NCBI RefSeq assembly: GCF_963921235.1
Contig: NC_086097.1
Coordinates: forward strand, 225,682,001 to 225,746,000
Length of the DNA stretch: 64,000 bases
Origin: Mobula hypostoma
Taxonomy: Eukaryota
Direction of reading: 5' to 3'
Shown piece by piece: positions 1-13,472 of this stretch (positions are counted from its first letter, which is position 1; each line of letters opens with the position of its first letter). The position numbers and the translations under genes were made by a program. The notes under the pieces were generated by a model. It did not search any database. It was not told the DNA's origin and saw only the letters and a program-made list of their open reading frames with translations.

Positions 1-445
1 ATTGTTGAGGCAGTAGTAATGACCTTCGAAAAATCACTAGGTTCTGGAATGCTTCCAGAGGACTGGAAAATTTCTTTGGCTAAAGAATTTCCTTCTCATC
101 TCCGTACTAAATAGACATCCCTCTATACTGAGTTTGTGCTGCCTGGTCCTAGATTCATCCACTATAAGAAAGAAACAACTTCTCCAAATCTACCCTGTCT
201 AGGTCTTTCAATATTCAGTAGATTTCAAGGGGAACCCCACCCCTATTCTTCTAAACCCTAGTGAGTACATGCCCAGAGTCATGTAATGCAGCTCATACGT
301 TAACGCTTTTATTCCCAAAATTATTCTCCTGAACTTCTTCTAGACCCACTCCAAAGGGTGGAGAATCTGTAGAATTCATTGCCATGGACAACAGTGGAGG
401 CCAAGTCATTGAGTATATTTAAAGCTGAGGTTGATCAATTCTAGG
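1..445. mobile_element. Mosaic of short degenerate CR1 LINE fragments in mixed orientation
   Basis: 1-70 resembles the CR1 'SLDSGMVPEDWK' region on +; ~76-355 resembles the CR1 ORF2 C-terminus on -; ~356-445 resembles 'VNLWNSLP..VEA.SL' on +. All similar to the CR1 at 57968-60757. Confidence 0.65.
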
Positions 446-1290
446 TTAGTCAATGCCTTGACTAATAAAGGTAAGTATGTCATTTGCCTTCTTAACCACC
501 CCATCCACCTGAGTAGCCATTTTCAGGGAGCTATGAACTTTAACCTCAGGATCCCTCTGCTCTTCAACACTGTTAAGGGCTTTGCCCTTATCATTGTACT
601 CTCTCTTCACATTTGACCTACCAAGATGTAACACTTCATATTTGTTAGGGTTAAACTCCATCTGCCATTTCTCTGTCCATATCTGCAACTGATCTATATC
701 AACTGTATTCCTTGGCAGTCTTCTACACTACCCATAACACCACATTTTCAAGCATTTTTCTTTAGCTCAAAATGCTCTAGCATATTTATAATGTTCCATA
801 TTGATCTCCATATTCTTTTACTTGGTTAATACTGATGCAAACTATTCATTTAGGAACTTACCCACATCCTCTGCCTGCAAGCACATGTTCTTTCCTTTAT
901 TTTGGGGTAATCATACTCTCACTCTAGTTATTGCTCCTAATTCTCTTAATTCTTTTCTGCTTTCTTTATATTCCTCAATGGTTCTATTCTATTTTAACTT
1001 CCTATAGCTTACATATACTTCTTTTCCCTTCTTAAATAAATTTGTAACCTCCCTTACCATCTTCAGCCTTTCTTCTTACTGGAAGATACCTGTCCTGCAC
1101 TCTGTCCAGTTGCTCTTTAATGATCCCCCACATGTCAGATGTGATCTTGCCCACAAACAGCTGTTCCCAATTAACTCATTCTTGCTCCTTCCGAATACCC
1201 TTGAATTTGTTCTCCTTCAATTTAATACTTTCCCACAAGGTCTATTTTTATCCTTATTCATAGCTATCATAAAACTTAGGACCTTTTGTT
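446..1290 (-). mobile_element. Degenerate CR1 LINE ORF2 fragments
   Basis: ORF 446..688 reads WQMEFNPNKYEVLHLGR...VEEQRD...VVKKA (CR1 post-RT region); more decayed CR1-like sequence runs to ~1290. Confidence 0.7.
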
Positions 1291-1354
1291 TCCTACTGAC
1301 TCTCTGTCACTGAAAAATAAGAAATCTGGCTAGCCAAGCAGAAATGTCAAAGCT

Positions 1355-1910
1355 CAAAGTTCAAATTAAATTTATTGTCACAATACATACATACAGCATA
1401 CAGTATGTTACCATATACTTCCTTCAGATTCATTTTCTTGCAGACATTTACAGGGAAAAAGAAATACAATAAAATGTTATGAAAAACTACATAAATAGAC
1501 AAAGACTGATAAACATCAATGTGCGATGTTCAAAAAGAAGACAAACTGTGCAGATAAAAATAATACTGAGAGCATGAGTTATAAAGAGTCATTGAGTGTG
1601 AGTCTGTAGCTCAAATAATCAGTTCATAGTAGTGATGAAAGAAGTTATCCATGTCAGTTCAGGAACTTGTCGGTTATTGGGTAATAACTGCTCCTGCAGT
1701 GGTGTGAAACCTAAGTCTTCTGTACCTCCTACCCGACGGCAGTCGTGATAAGCCTGGATGGTGGGGGTCTTTTGTGGTGGAAAGTTTCATATGGCAGCAA
1801 TCCATGTAAATGTACTCAATATTGGGGAGGTCTTTGCCCCTTATGGACAGGGCATTGGCGTTTCCATACCATACACAGACAGTTTTAAGAAACCTTCCTG
1901 GATGCACCTA
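1355..1910 (-). mobile_element. Rex1/Babar-type LINE 3' end
   Basis: ORF 1674..1907 contains 'KDPHHPG...LPSGRRYR', the C-terminal motif of this family; reverse-complement AATAAA and tail near 1355-1380. Confidence 0.75.
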
Positions 1911-2245
1911 ACAGTTTGTCCACTTTCTAACACTCATTCACTAAGGAAATCCCCGTTTATTTTACGACAGTTGAAGTCACCCACAGTGACAAACAAACCT
2001 GATTATTTTATCACTTTTCTCTAACCTGCCTGCATATCTCTTCCTCATTGACTACTTTCTGACATGATACTGTGTTTCCCAGTCAATTCTGCATCATCTT
2101 CCAGTTTCCCAGCTGGCTCCTTGATTACTTTGGATCCTACTGCTCTGTCAATTAGAAGAAGGAGAAACTTTCTTCTTTAAATGTGTAGATGTTGAAAGGG
2201 ATTGCCACCAAGTCCTCGCAGATTTTGCCACTTTCTCCTGCACCA

Positions 2246-2425
2246 GAGGCAATTTACCATGGCCAAGTTACCCACCGGCCTGCAAATCCTTGCGTTATGG
2301 GAGGAAAGTCAGACACGTGGGGGAGACCAATGTTTACTAGGTAAATGTGTATAAGCTACACTGGCAGACAAGAGTTCAGAATTGAATGAAATCTGTTGAA
2401 GTTGTGAGACAGCTCCTCTAAATGC
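2246..2425 (-). mobile_element. Degenerate V-SINE (HE1-like) fragment
   Basis: GGCAATTTACCATGGCCAA...TGGGAGGAAA...GGGGGAGACC resembles the reverse complement of the V-SINE core also seen at 57422-57715. Confidence 0.55.
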
Positions 2426-3103
2426 ATCCTTACCCAGCTGTAGCATAGAGAGAGTGGGGGTTGGTCAAAGCTGTTGAGGTGGTGACGGGGAGCAGAGCCC
2501 ATCCAGATCCCTGAGCAGAGCCAGGGTAGTGCCTGTCATAGAACCCTCCACCTGCTCTGTGTAGGGGCAGGCCCTACCAAGTGGAAACATAGTAAGAACT
2601 GATTACAGCTGGGACAACCAGGAACATGATGGAGGTCACTTTGCTTCAAATCAGTGGGGTGCTGAGCAGTGAAGCAAGGAGGCCATGTTTCTTAAGGAAG
2701 ATACCTCTTCTGCTGTAAAGTTATCCTCACCATGTAACAGTTGCTCCACGTAGGTCACTGCTTCTCCCACGGGCAGACATTTCAAACTCTTATGACACTC
2801 GGTTTGCTTGGGACAGGGTCTTTCATCATTCCCCTTCCTCAAGAAGTAGCAAATTCTTTCCTGCTGCTCCAGAGGAATCCTGACAGTCCCTGGGGCAAGA
2901 GATATATTTAGAATCTAGCCCTCTCCATGACCTTCATCAATGGATCCACATGCTTGCTCATCTGAATAGGTACAGTAAGTCAGCAGATACAGACCCAACT
3001 ACCTGCCTTAGAGGACCCATTGAGCAAAGCTTGCATGAGCCCATTTATACCATGCTCTCAGAAGGATTGATTCCCTCTGAGAACCCAGCTTCCTGGTTTA
3101 TGA

Positions 3104-3246
3104 ACAAGAGAAAATCTGCAGATGCTGGAAATCCGAGCAACACACACAAAATGCTGGAGGAACTCAGCAGGCCAGGCAGCATCTATGGAAAAAAGTACAG
3201 TCAACGTTTCGGGCCGAAACCCTTCGGCAGGACTGGAGAAAAAACA
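3104..3246 (-). mobile_element. Short Penelope-derived terminal element with degenerate hammerhead motif and 10-bp TSD
   Basis: Matches the terminal sequence of the PLE at 34190-34325 (reverse complement). Flanked by TGGTTTATGA at 3094-3103 and 3247-3256. Core on - reads CTGCCGA...GAAACGTT (mutated). Confidence 0.85.
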
Positions 3247-4169
3247 TGGTTTATGATCTGGACCATCTTTGACATACTGTGTGCGAAGTCCTTTAGGAGG
3301 AAAAAATTCAGAAGTGATTTCAACCTAGGGAAGAATGCCATAAGTTTTCTTTTAATCAGATCATATTTCAGATCAAGCCAGCAGACATGAATATCGCAGG
3401 CAATATTTGATCCCATCACCAAATGGCAGGGATGCCTCCATCTGCCGTGACTGATGGACAACTTTGACAATGATTTCTGGCAGTGTCACTCTGCACTTTA
3501 GTTGTGACATGGCTAGAGGGCTATTTCCAAATCTCTGCTTCTGTCCGGTGTGCTGTTCTGCAATATTAGTCCTGCAAAGGCATATTGGATAACTAAAGGA
3601 TCTTTCTGAGGGAGAAGCATGACAGACTCAATGGGCCGAATAAGCCTAATTCTGCTCCTATATCTTATGGACACTCCATATCAAAGAGGGCTGAATGGAA
3701 AGATGGAACAAGTGCATGGACAGGAGTGGATGGATGGTAGAGGAGACTGAATGTATTATTATTCTATTGTCTAGACTTGCTCAGGTCATAGGACTGATTG
3801 TTGTATATCGATCTATGTTTCCAATTCTCTCTTGTACCTCTGATCACCACACTCTCTTAGCAATCCAGCTGAGTTCTATTTTCTAGTGACAATAAACCAC
3901 CTTGCTAACAAGAGCAACCCTCATCAGTCACTGATGTTCCACACCATGGATTAGGCAGATGGATTTAGCTGAGTGTGTTAATTGCTGCAAAGTCTATTTC
4001 TCAGGCCAAAGTCTCTTTGAGAGATAACACAAATGCAGTGCAATGGATTGTCTGACTAAATTGTCCTGGTAAGGTTTCTACAAACTATGTTTCAGTTTTT
4101 TTTTGCCTCCGGAGGGATATTACTTTCTCAGAAAGAGTTGTCCTTTGTCCTGTCCTGGGCAAAGGCACT

Positions 4170-6547
4170 TGATTAGTTCCCATGGTTTAGACAGGGCAGA
4201 GTTTGTTAAGTATGTTTAGGATGGATTCCTGTCACAATATATTGACAGGTCAACTTGGGGGGGCGGGGGGAAGCTATACTAGATCTAGTATTAGGTAACG
4301 AACCGGGTCAGGTCACAGATCTATCAGCGGGTGAGCATCTGGGAGACAGTGACCACTGCTCCCTGGCCTTTAGCATTATCAGAGAGGACAGGAAAATTTT
4401 TAATTGGGGAAGGGCAAATTATGAGGCTGTAAGGCTAGAACTTTCAGGTATGAATTGGGATGATGTTTTTGCAGGGAAATGTACTATCGACATGTGGTCG
4501 ATGTTTAGGGATCTCTTATAGGATGTTAGGGATAAATTTGTCCCGGTGAGGAAGATAAAGAATGGTAGGGTGAAGGAACCATGGGTGACAAGTGAGGTGG
4601 AAAATCTAGTCAGGTGGAAGAAGGCAGCATACATGAGGTTTAGGAAGCAAGGATCAGATGGGTCTATTGAGGAATATAGGGTAACAAGAAAGAAGCTTAA
4701 GAAGGGGCTGAGGAGAGCAATAAGGGGGCATGAGAAGGCCTTGGCGAGTAGGGTAAAGGAAAACTCCAAGGCATTTTTCAATTATGTGAAGAACAAAAGG
4801 ATGACAGGAGTGAAGGTAGGACCGATTAGAGATAAAGCTGGGCTGTGGAAGTGAGCGAGGTCCTCAATGAATACTTCTCTTCGGTATTCACCAATGAGAG
4901 GGAACTTGATGACAGTGAGGACAATATGAATGAGGTTGATGTTCTGGAGCATGATGATATTAAGGGAGAGGAGGTGTTGGTGTTGTTTAAATACATTAGA
5001 ATGGATTATGACGGAATATTCCCCTGGCTGCTCCACGAGGCGAGGGAAGAGATCAATGAACCTCTGGCTAGGATCTTTATGTCCTCGTTGTCCTCAGGAA
5101 TGGTACCGGAGGATTGGAGGGAGGTGAATATTGTCTCCTTGTTCAAAAAAGTTAGTAGGCCTAGTCCGGGTAATTATAGACCAGTGAGCCTTACGTCTGT
5201 GGTGGGAAAGCTGTGGAAAAGATTCTTAGAGATAGGATCAATGAGCATTTAGAGAATCATGGTCTGATCAAGGACAGTCAGCATTGGTTTGTGAAGGGAA
5301 GATTGTGTCTAACAAGCCTGATAGAGTTCTTTGAGGAGGTGACCAGGCATATAGATGAGTATAGTGCAGTGGATGTGATCTACATGGATTTTAGTAAGGC
5401 ATTTGAGAAGGTTCCACACAGTAGGCTTATACAGAAAGTCAGAAGGCATGGGATCCAGGGAAGTTTGGCCAGTGGATTCAGAATTAGCTTGCCTGCAGAA
5501 GGCAGAGGGTCGTGATGGAGGGAGTACATTCAGACTGGAGGATTGTGACTAGTGATGTCCCACAAGGATCGGTTCTGGGACCTCTACTTTTCGTGATTTT
5601 TATTAACCACCTGGATGTGGGGGTAGAAAGGTGGGCTGGCAAGTTTGCAGATGACATAGGGGTTGGTGCTGTTGTGGATAGTGTAGAGGATTGTCGAAGA
5701 TCGCAGAGAGACATTGATAGGATGCAGAAGTGGGCTGAGAAGTGACAAATGGAGTTCAACCCAGAGAAGTGTGAGGTGGTACACTTTGGAAGAACTAACT
5801 CCAAGGCAGAGTACAAAGTAAATGGCAGGATACTTGGTAATGTGGAGGAGCAGAGGGATCTCGGGGTACATGTCCACAGATCCCTGAAAGTTGCCTCAGA
5901 GGTAGATAGGGTAGTTAAGAAAGCTTATGGGGTGTTAGCTTTCATATGTTGAGGGATAGAGCTTAATAGTTGCAAGGTAATGATGCAGTTCTATAAAACT
6001 CTGGTTAGGCCACACTTGGAGTACTGTGTCCAGTTCTGGTCACCTCAGTATCGGAAGGATGTGGAAGCATTGGAAAGGGTACAGAGGAGATTTACGAGGA
6101 TGCTGCCTGGTTTAGAGAGTATGCATTATGATCAGAGATTAAGGGAGCTAGGGCTTTACTCTTTGGAGAGAAGGAGGATGAGAGCAGACATGATAGAGGT
6201 ATACAAGATATTAAGAGGAATAGATAGAGTGGACAGCCAGTGCCTCTTCCCCAGGGCACCACTGCTCAATACAAGAGGACATGGCTTTAAGGTAAGGGGT
6301 GGGAAGTTCAAGAGGGATATTAGAGGAAGGTTTTTTACTCAGAGAGCGGTTGGTGCGTGGAATTCACTGCCTGAGTCAGTGCTGGAGGGAGATACACTGG
6401 TGAAATTTAAGAGACTGCTAGACAGGTATATGGAGGAATTTAAGGTGTGGGGGGGCATTATATGGGAGGCAGAATTTAAGGGTCAGCACAACATTGTGGG
6501 CCAAAGGGCCTGTACTGTGCTGTACTATTCTATGTTCTATGTTCTCT
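4170..6547 (+). mobile_element. CR1 LINE, 5'-truncated, ORF2 broken by frameshifts and stops
   Basis: Consecutive ORFs carry the APE end (ILDLVL..HLGDSDH), [37 protein letters not shown] and RPHLEYCVQFWSP; 3' tail (TTCTATG)n at 6528-6546. Confidence 0.95.
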
Positions 6548-8682
6548 GATCTCCAGTCAAACTGATAAAAAGTACTTGCTTTCCCAATGTAATGAATCAA
6601 GTTCAGATACGCTTGAACAAAACCTTATTGGAATTGTGTAATATAATTCCAGACTCTTTAACAGAGCTTATTTTATCCCAATCATCATTGCACCCATTTA
6701 TATGAAAGCATGCTTTCAACCTTTAATTTCTTCCATCCGCAGTTACCAAATATTCAGTTAAATGCATTTAACATTTGAGCATAATGGTGTAATTAAACCA
6801 TAGTTAGACAGAATAGATTAATAACTTTACATCTGAAACAGTGGTGTTGTTCCACTGAAGGGTTGTTATTGTTAAAGTTCATCTTTATCCTAACCTCCTT
6901 ACTCATTTAGAGTTGCTTCAAGTGTTTGTCCTCCATGACACCAAAGTTATTGACTCTCACATCTTAGAGGCAGAACCTAAATTTTGTGTTTATTGAGTTG
7001 CACAAGTCATTATGTCCTTTTGTTCCTGAAAGCAATATTCCAATACCAAAAAGGATAACATCCTTTCCGCCTGACTAAGACATCCTCTTTGCTCTTCAGA
7101 ACACTATCTACTATAATGATATCTGATATCTTTTCTTCTTCTGCCAATAAGCTGCAGATGCCCAGGTATGCCAAAGTTGAGGATTGAAGTGTGGGACAGG
7201 AAGTGGGTGATATATATTTCTTTAGCTATGCAGCTGTAGAAAAATTTGCAAATTCATTATTATGAAGCTTAAAATGCAAAAGTCCATTTCTTGGTTGATC
7301 CATTTTGTAAAGGTAGGAAGTCTCGGAGAAATCATAAATATAGAAATTCTACCTATTCATACTTCTGCTCATATGCATTTCCTTGTTTCATTTTGTTTTG
7401 TTAAAATATCAAAGAGAACTACAACTCTTGATAACTGTGCCATGAATCCCAGACAGCTCTTGAGCCAGTGACTTCAATGGACAGGAACATCAGACAAAAT
7501 GGACTAGCAGTCTGTAATCACTAGTTTATTGCAGAAAGGCAAACTAAAAATTACCCCATTGTTACTGCATGTTCAGAATTGAGTCCTGGACCCCTCCTCC
7601 AATTCCCCCAACCAGTGTTTTATGTATATATATAAAATCCATTAATTATAAACTCATAGAAGCCGGGGTGATTTCAGGTTGTGATATGCAGGTTGCTAAG
7701 CAACAGAGCATACAGCTTGTGACAGTGGTGCTGCCCACTCCAATTGTTGATAGTGAGGATGTGGACATGGTTTCCAGCAATTTGAAATGTGCCCCTCATG
7801 CTTTTGTTACTGATTTGGTCTTTGTGTTTAATGTGTGCTCCAATGTAATTGATATATCTGCTAATGATTTTAACAAGTAGCTAAAATGTTTCCAGTCAGT
7901 GCATATATTATCTCAAAACTAGCAAAAACTAGCCCACTATTTATCCCTTTACCTTTCCTCTATGTGGTAGAGTACATCGTAAAGTTCATTTTCTGAACAA
8001 TACTGTGATGGATGGTTAATTGAGTTACACAAAGGTACCATGTGTGGTACTCATGAACTGAGCATCACTGGTCAGACTAAAGCATCACAGTTTCTGAAAT
8101 ATTGTTGTCATTTTATATTTGGGACAAGAACAGAAGGTTATCTAGATTGGAGTGGGCTTCCTTTGTTTAAAGAAAAAAACACTTCATCAAAATTAACATC
8201 ATGGGTCATCAATTTTTCCAAGAATATTTATTGCATCTGTGTTATTATTTGTTGACCCATTTGCTGGAGTATTAATAAATCTAATTTTCACCATTTAAAT
8301 GTTTGGTTAGAGTGTGCAAACAGCAGTAAATGTATATCGTTGTGTAGTTACAATTGACTGATCTGATATTCGTGTATTCGCACAAGGATCTAATGAATAA
8401 TGGACGATGTGATATGATGTATATCCACAAGTGAGCTGGCTGAATAATTCACAAACAGTGAAGTGAATTTTAATAAGCTCGTGAGGTAAAGTGGCCTGTC
8501 GTTTATTGTTCTACATATACAAATTATTTAAAATATGTAATGTGTATGCCAGCTAATTTATTTGTCACATTAATTAATGTTAATAAAAGTTATAAGAAGT
8601 GCATAGGTCTATTACTAGTGATTGCCATATTGGAAAATTCACAATTTTCCAAGGTGGTTTATTCTAATAAAGTGGGTTATTT

Positions 8683-10188
8683 AGACCATAAGATATAGGA
8701 GCAGAATTGAGTCATTTGGCCCATCCAGGCTGCTCCACTATTTCATCAAGGCTGATCCAATTTTCCTCTAAGCCCCAATCACCTGCCTTTTCCCTGTATC
8801 CCTTCATGCCTTGACCTATCAAGAATCAATCAACCTTTGCCTTAAATATACATAAAGGCTTGGCTACCATGTCTGCCTGTGGCATGGAATTCCACAGATT
8901 CACCACTAAAGAAATTCCGGCTAAAGAAATTCCTCCTCATCTCCATTCTAAAAAGATGCCCCTCTATCCTGAGTCTGTGCCCTCTGGTCTTAGAATTTTC
9001 CATCAAGTGAAACACCCTCTCCACATCCACTCTATCAAGGCCCTTCACCACTCGATAGTTTTCAATAAGGTCATCCCTCATTCTACCACTTTCCAGTAAG
9101 TACAGGCCCAGAGCCATCAAACACCCTTCATATGACAAGCTAGTCAATCCTGGAATTATTTTCATGAACCTTCTTTGAACCCTCTCCAGTTTCAATGCAT
9201 TCTTTCAAAGGCAAGGGGCCCAAACTGCTCACAACACTCCAAGTGAGACCTCAAAAGTGCGTTATAAAGTTTCAACATTACATCCTTGTTTTTACATTCT
9301 AATCCTCTTGAAATAAATGCTAACTTTGCATTTGCCTTCCTCACCACTGACTCAACCTACAAATTAACCTTTAAGGAATCCTGCACAAGGATTCCCAAGT
9401 CCCTTTGCACCTCAGTTGTTTATATTTTCTCTCCATTTAGAAAATAGTCAACCTTTTTTTCTTCTACCAAAATGCATGACCATACACTTCCCAACATTGT
9501 AACAGAAATTCCATCTGCCATTTCTTTGCTCATTCCCATAATCTAAGTCCTTCCGTAGCCTTTCACCTTCCTCAAATCTACCTGCCCCTCCATGTACTTT
9601 CATATTGTTAGCAAACTTTGCAACAGAGCCATCAATTCCATCACCCAAATCATTGACATATAACAAAAAATGAATTGGACCCAACATAGACACTGGCGGA
9701 ACACTACTAGTCACTGACAGCCAAGCAGAAAAAGGCTCCCTTTATTTCCATCTGTTGCCTCTTGCCAATCAGCTACTGCTTTCCCATACTAGAATAGTTC
9801 CTATAATACCATGGGTTTGTAATTTGTTAAGCAGCCTCATGTGTGGCACCTTGTCAAAAGCCTTCTGAAAATCCAAGTACACAACATCAACTGATTCTCC
9901 TTTGTCTATCCTCCTTGTTATTTCTTCAAATAATTCCAACAGATTTGCTAGGTCAGATGTTTTTTTCCTGAGAAAACTATGCTGACTACAGTTGATTTTA
10001 TCATGTGCCTCCAAGTATCCTGAAACCTCATCCTTAATAATCGACTCCAACATCTTCCCAACCATTGACATCAGATTAATACCTACAGCTTCTTTCTTTT
10101 GCCTCCCTCCATTCTTGAAGTGCGGAATGATGTTTGCAATTTTCCAGTCTTGCTGAACCATTCCAAATTCTAGTGATTCTTGGAAGAT
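8683..10188 (-). mobile_element. CR1 LINE, 3' part; interrupted by the Rex1 insertion and resuming at 13473
   Basis: ORFs 8842..9195, 9448..9714 and 9769..10206 carry YLDFQKAFDKVPH, YVNDL..KFA and ERVQRRF; 3' tail near 8683-8700. Confidence 0.9.
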
Positions 10189-13100
10189 TCTTGGCCGGTC
10201 GTGCATGCAGCCTGCTACAGTTGCTCCGTAATTTCTTACTTTTAATCTTTTTAACTTAGTTATTTGTTGTATTTTTTTTCACACGGTAACACGCTGATGC
10301 TGCACCCTCTCCAACATGCTGGTGGAGAGAGTTTTACTTGTTTTTTTAGCACTGGAATTAGTTACGTTCGGACACGTCTCGTTAGCGTGGCAGCAGGATG
10401 GCCGCATTGTTTATTCCAGGGAACAGTTGATGGCGCTCATGCCCGCTGGTTTAGCGAACAGAGCAGCGGACATCCCGGCCGAAATCTGAAGGAAAGCACA
10501 CAGAGGATGCAGAGGGGGATCAGAAAGGTGAGGGAAGAGGACCGGGTTGAGATAACAGAGGCTTATGGAGAAGAGAAGTTATAAGCCGTGTCTCCCCTCT
10601 CTCATCATGGGAAATGTGAGATCGCTGGGGAATAAAATTGACGAACTGACTGCGCTTGTCAGGAGTCAGAGAACATTTCGGGAGAGCAGTGTCATGTGCT
10701 TTACTGAAACGTGGCTGCACGAGGACATACCCGATCAAAGCGTTTCCATAGAGGGCTTCCAGACCGTTCGAGCTGACCGGAATTGCACTGAGAGCAGTAA
10801 GCATAAAGGAGGGGGGCTGGCGGTTCTGGTAAATAACAGATGGTGCAATCCTGGGCATATTACGATCAAGGAATGGGTCTGTAGCCCGGATATTGAACTT
10901 TTTGCTGTTGGACTCCGGCCATATTATTTGCCAAGGGAAATCTCGCATGCAATTGTGGTTTTTGTGTACATCCCTCCCTCTGCCAACCCGACGTCAGCAT
11001 GTAACATCATTTACACCGTCATAGCCAGATTACAAACCTAGCACCCGAGTGCCCTCATTACCATCTCGGGTGACTTCAACCAGGTTACCATGGCTAGAAC
11101 ACTGCCCAACTTCACGCAGCATGTGAGCTGTACAACCAGAGGGGAGAGGACTCTGGATTTGATGTATGCTAACGTTAAGGATGCATACAGCTCCTCTCCC
11201 CTCCCCCCAGTGGGAAGGTCAGATCACAACCTGGTGCATCTAAAACCCTGCTACGTGCCTCTGGTGAAGAGTAAACCTGCAACCTCAAGGACAGCGAGGA
11301 AATGGTCGGAGGAGGCTTATGAGGCGCTCCAGGGTTGTTTTGAGGTGACAGACTGGCAGACACTCTGTGAGCCACATGGAGAGGATATTGATGGGCTCAC
11401 AGAGTGCATCACTGATTACATCAACTTCTGTGTGGACTGCAATGTTCCGACAAGAACTGTCCTTTGTTATTCAAGTAACAAGCCATGGGTGACAAAGGAC
11501 ATTAAGGACATCCTGAATGCTAAAAAGAGGGCGTTTAGAGGTGGAAATAGGGAGGAGCTGAGGGCAATACAGAGGGACCTGAAAACCAGGATCAGGGAGG
11601 TTAAAGACAGGTACAGGAGGAAGCTTGAGTGGAAACTCCAGCAGAACAACATGAGACAGGTCTGGAGGGGGATGAGGACCATCACTGGGTTCAGGCAAAC
11701 TAGCAACAGAGGAGCTGAGGGCAGTGTGGACAGGGCCAACGAACTTAACCTGTTCTTTAACAGATTTGACATTGTGACCCCTGCCCATCCCCCACATGAG
11801 CCATCTGTTGTCGGCCCCCAATCAACACATGTTCCACTCTCCCCTCCTACCCCTCCTCACAGTTCCCCACCCTGCTCTCATGACTATACCCCTTCCCCAC
11901 ACGAAACCACAGCTGAACAGGTGAGAAGACAGCTGAAATGTCTCAACCCAAGCAAGGCTGCAGGACCGGATGGTGTCAGTACCAGGGTGCTCAAAGCCTG
12001 TGCCCCTCAGCCATGTGGAGTACATCGCCATGTATTCAACCTGAGCCTGAGGCTCCGGAGGGTTCCTGTACTGTGGAAGACGTCCTGCCTCGTCCCTGTG
12101 CCGAAGACGCCGCGCCCCAGTGGCCTCAATGACTACAGACCGGTGGCATTGTCCTCCCACATCATGGAGACCCCGGAGAGACTTGTTCTGGAGCTGCTCC
12201 AGCCTATGGTCAGGCCACACTTAGATCCCCTCCAGTTCGCCTACCAGCCCCAACTAGGAGTTGAGGATGCTATCGTCTACCTGCTGAACCGTGTCTACAC
12301 CCACCTGGACAAGCCAGCGAGCACTGTGAGGGTCATGTTTTTTGACTTCTCTAGTGCGTTCAACACCATCCACCCTGCTCTGCTGGGGGAGAAGCTGACA
12401 GCGATGGAAGTGGATGCTCCCCTGGTGTCATGGATTCTTGATTACCTGACTGGCAGACCACAGTACGTGTGCTTGCAACACTATGTGTCCGACAGAGTGA
12501 TCAGCAGCACTGGGGCTCCACAGGGGACTGTCTTGTCTCCCTTTTTCTTCACCATTTACACCTTGGACTTCAACTACTGCATAGAGTCTTGTCATCTTCA
12601 GAAGTTTTCGGATGACTCTGCCATAATTGGATGAATCAGCAAAGGAGATGAGGCTGAGTACAGGGTTACTGTAGGAAACTTTGTCACATGGTGTGAGCAG
12701 AATTATCTGCAGCTTAATGTGAAAAAGACTAAGGAGCTGGTGGTAGACCTGAGGAGAGCTAAGGTACCGGTGACCCCTGTTTCCATCCAGGGGGTCAGTG
12801 TGGACATGGTGGAGGATTACAAATACCTGGGGATACGAATTGACAATAAACTGGACTGGTCAAAGAACACTGAGGCTGTCTACAAGAAGGGTCAGAACCG
12901 TCCCTATTTCCTAAGGAGACTGAGGTCCTTTAACATCTGCCAGACGATGCTGAGGATGTTCTACGAGTCTGTGGTGGCCAGTGCTATCATGTTTACTGTT
13001 GTGTGCTGGGGCAGCAGGCTGAGGGTAGCAGACACCAACAGAATCAACAAACTTATTCGTAAGGCCAGTGATGTTGTGGGGATGGAACTGGACTCTCTCA

Positions 13101-13472
13101 CGGTGGTGTCTGAAAAGAGGATGCTGTCTAAGTTGCATGCCATCTTGGTCAATGTCTCCCATCCACTACATAATGTACTGGTTGGGCACAGGAGTACATT
13201 CAGCCAGAGACTCATTCCTCCAAGATGCAACACGGAGCGTCATAGGAAGTCATTCCTGCCTGTGGCCATCAAACTTTACAACTCCTCCCTTGGAGGGTCA
13301 GACGCCCTAGTCGATAGGCTGGTCCTGGACTTATTTCATAATTTACTGGCATAATTTACATATTACTGTTTAACTATTTATGGTTCTATTACTATTTATT
13401 ATTCATGGTGCAACTGTAACGAAAACCAATTTCCCCCTGGGATCAATAAAGTATGACTATGACTATGACTAT
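10189..13472 (+). mobile_element. Near full-length Rex1/Babar-clade LINE (APE endonuclease + RT) with two premature stops
   Basis: ORFs 10565..11041, 11090..12634 and 12719..13354 share one frame: GNVRSL.NK, CFTETWL, GGGLAV, GDFN, LDLMY, SDHN (APE); DYRPVAL, QFAY, FFDFSSAFNT, GAPQGTVLSP, FSDD (RT). AATAAA + (CTATGA)n tail at 13445-13474; GAAGAT duplicated at 10183-10188 and 13473-13478. Confidence 0.95.

Noticed and set aside
7569..7880. 103-aa ORF in unique sequence as a host gene
   Set aside because: No recognisable domain or convincing splice boundaries; length is compatible with chance.
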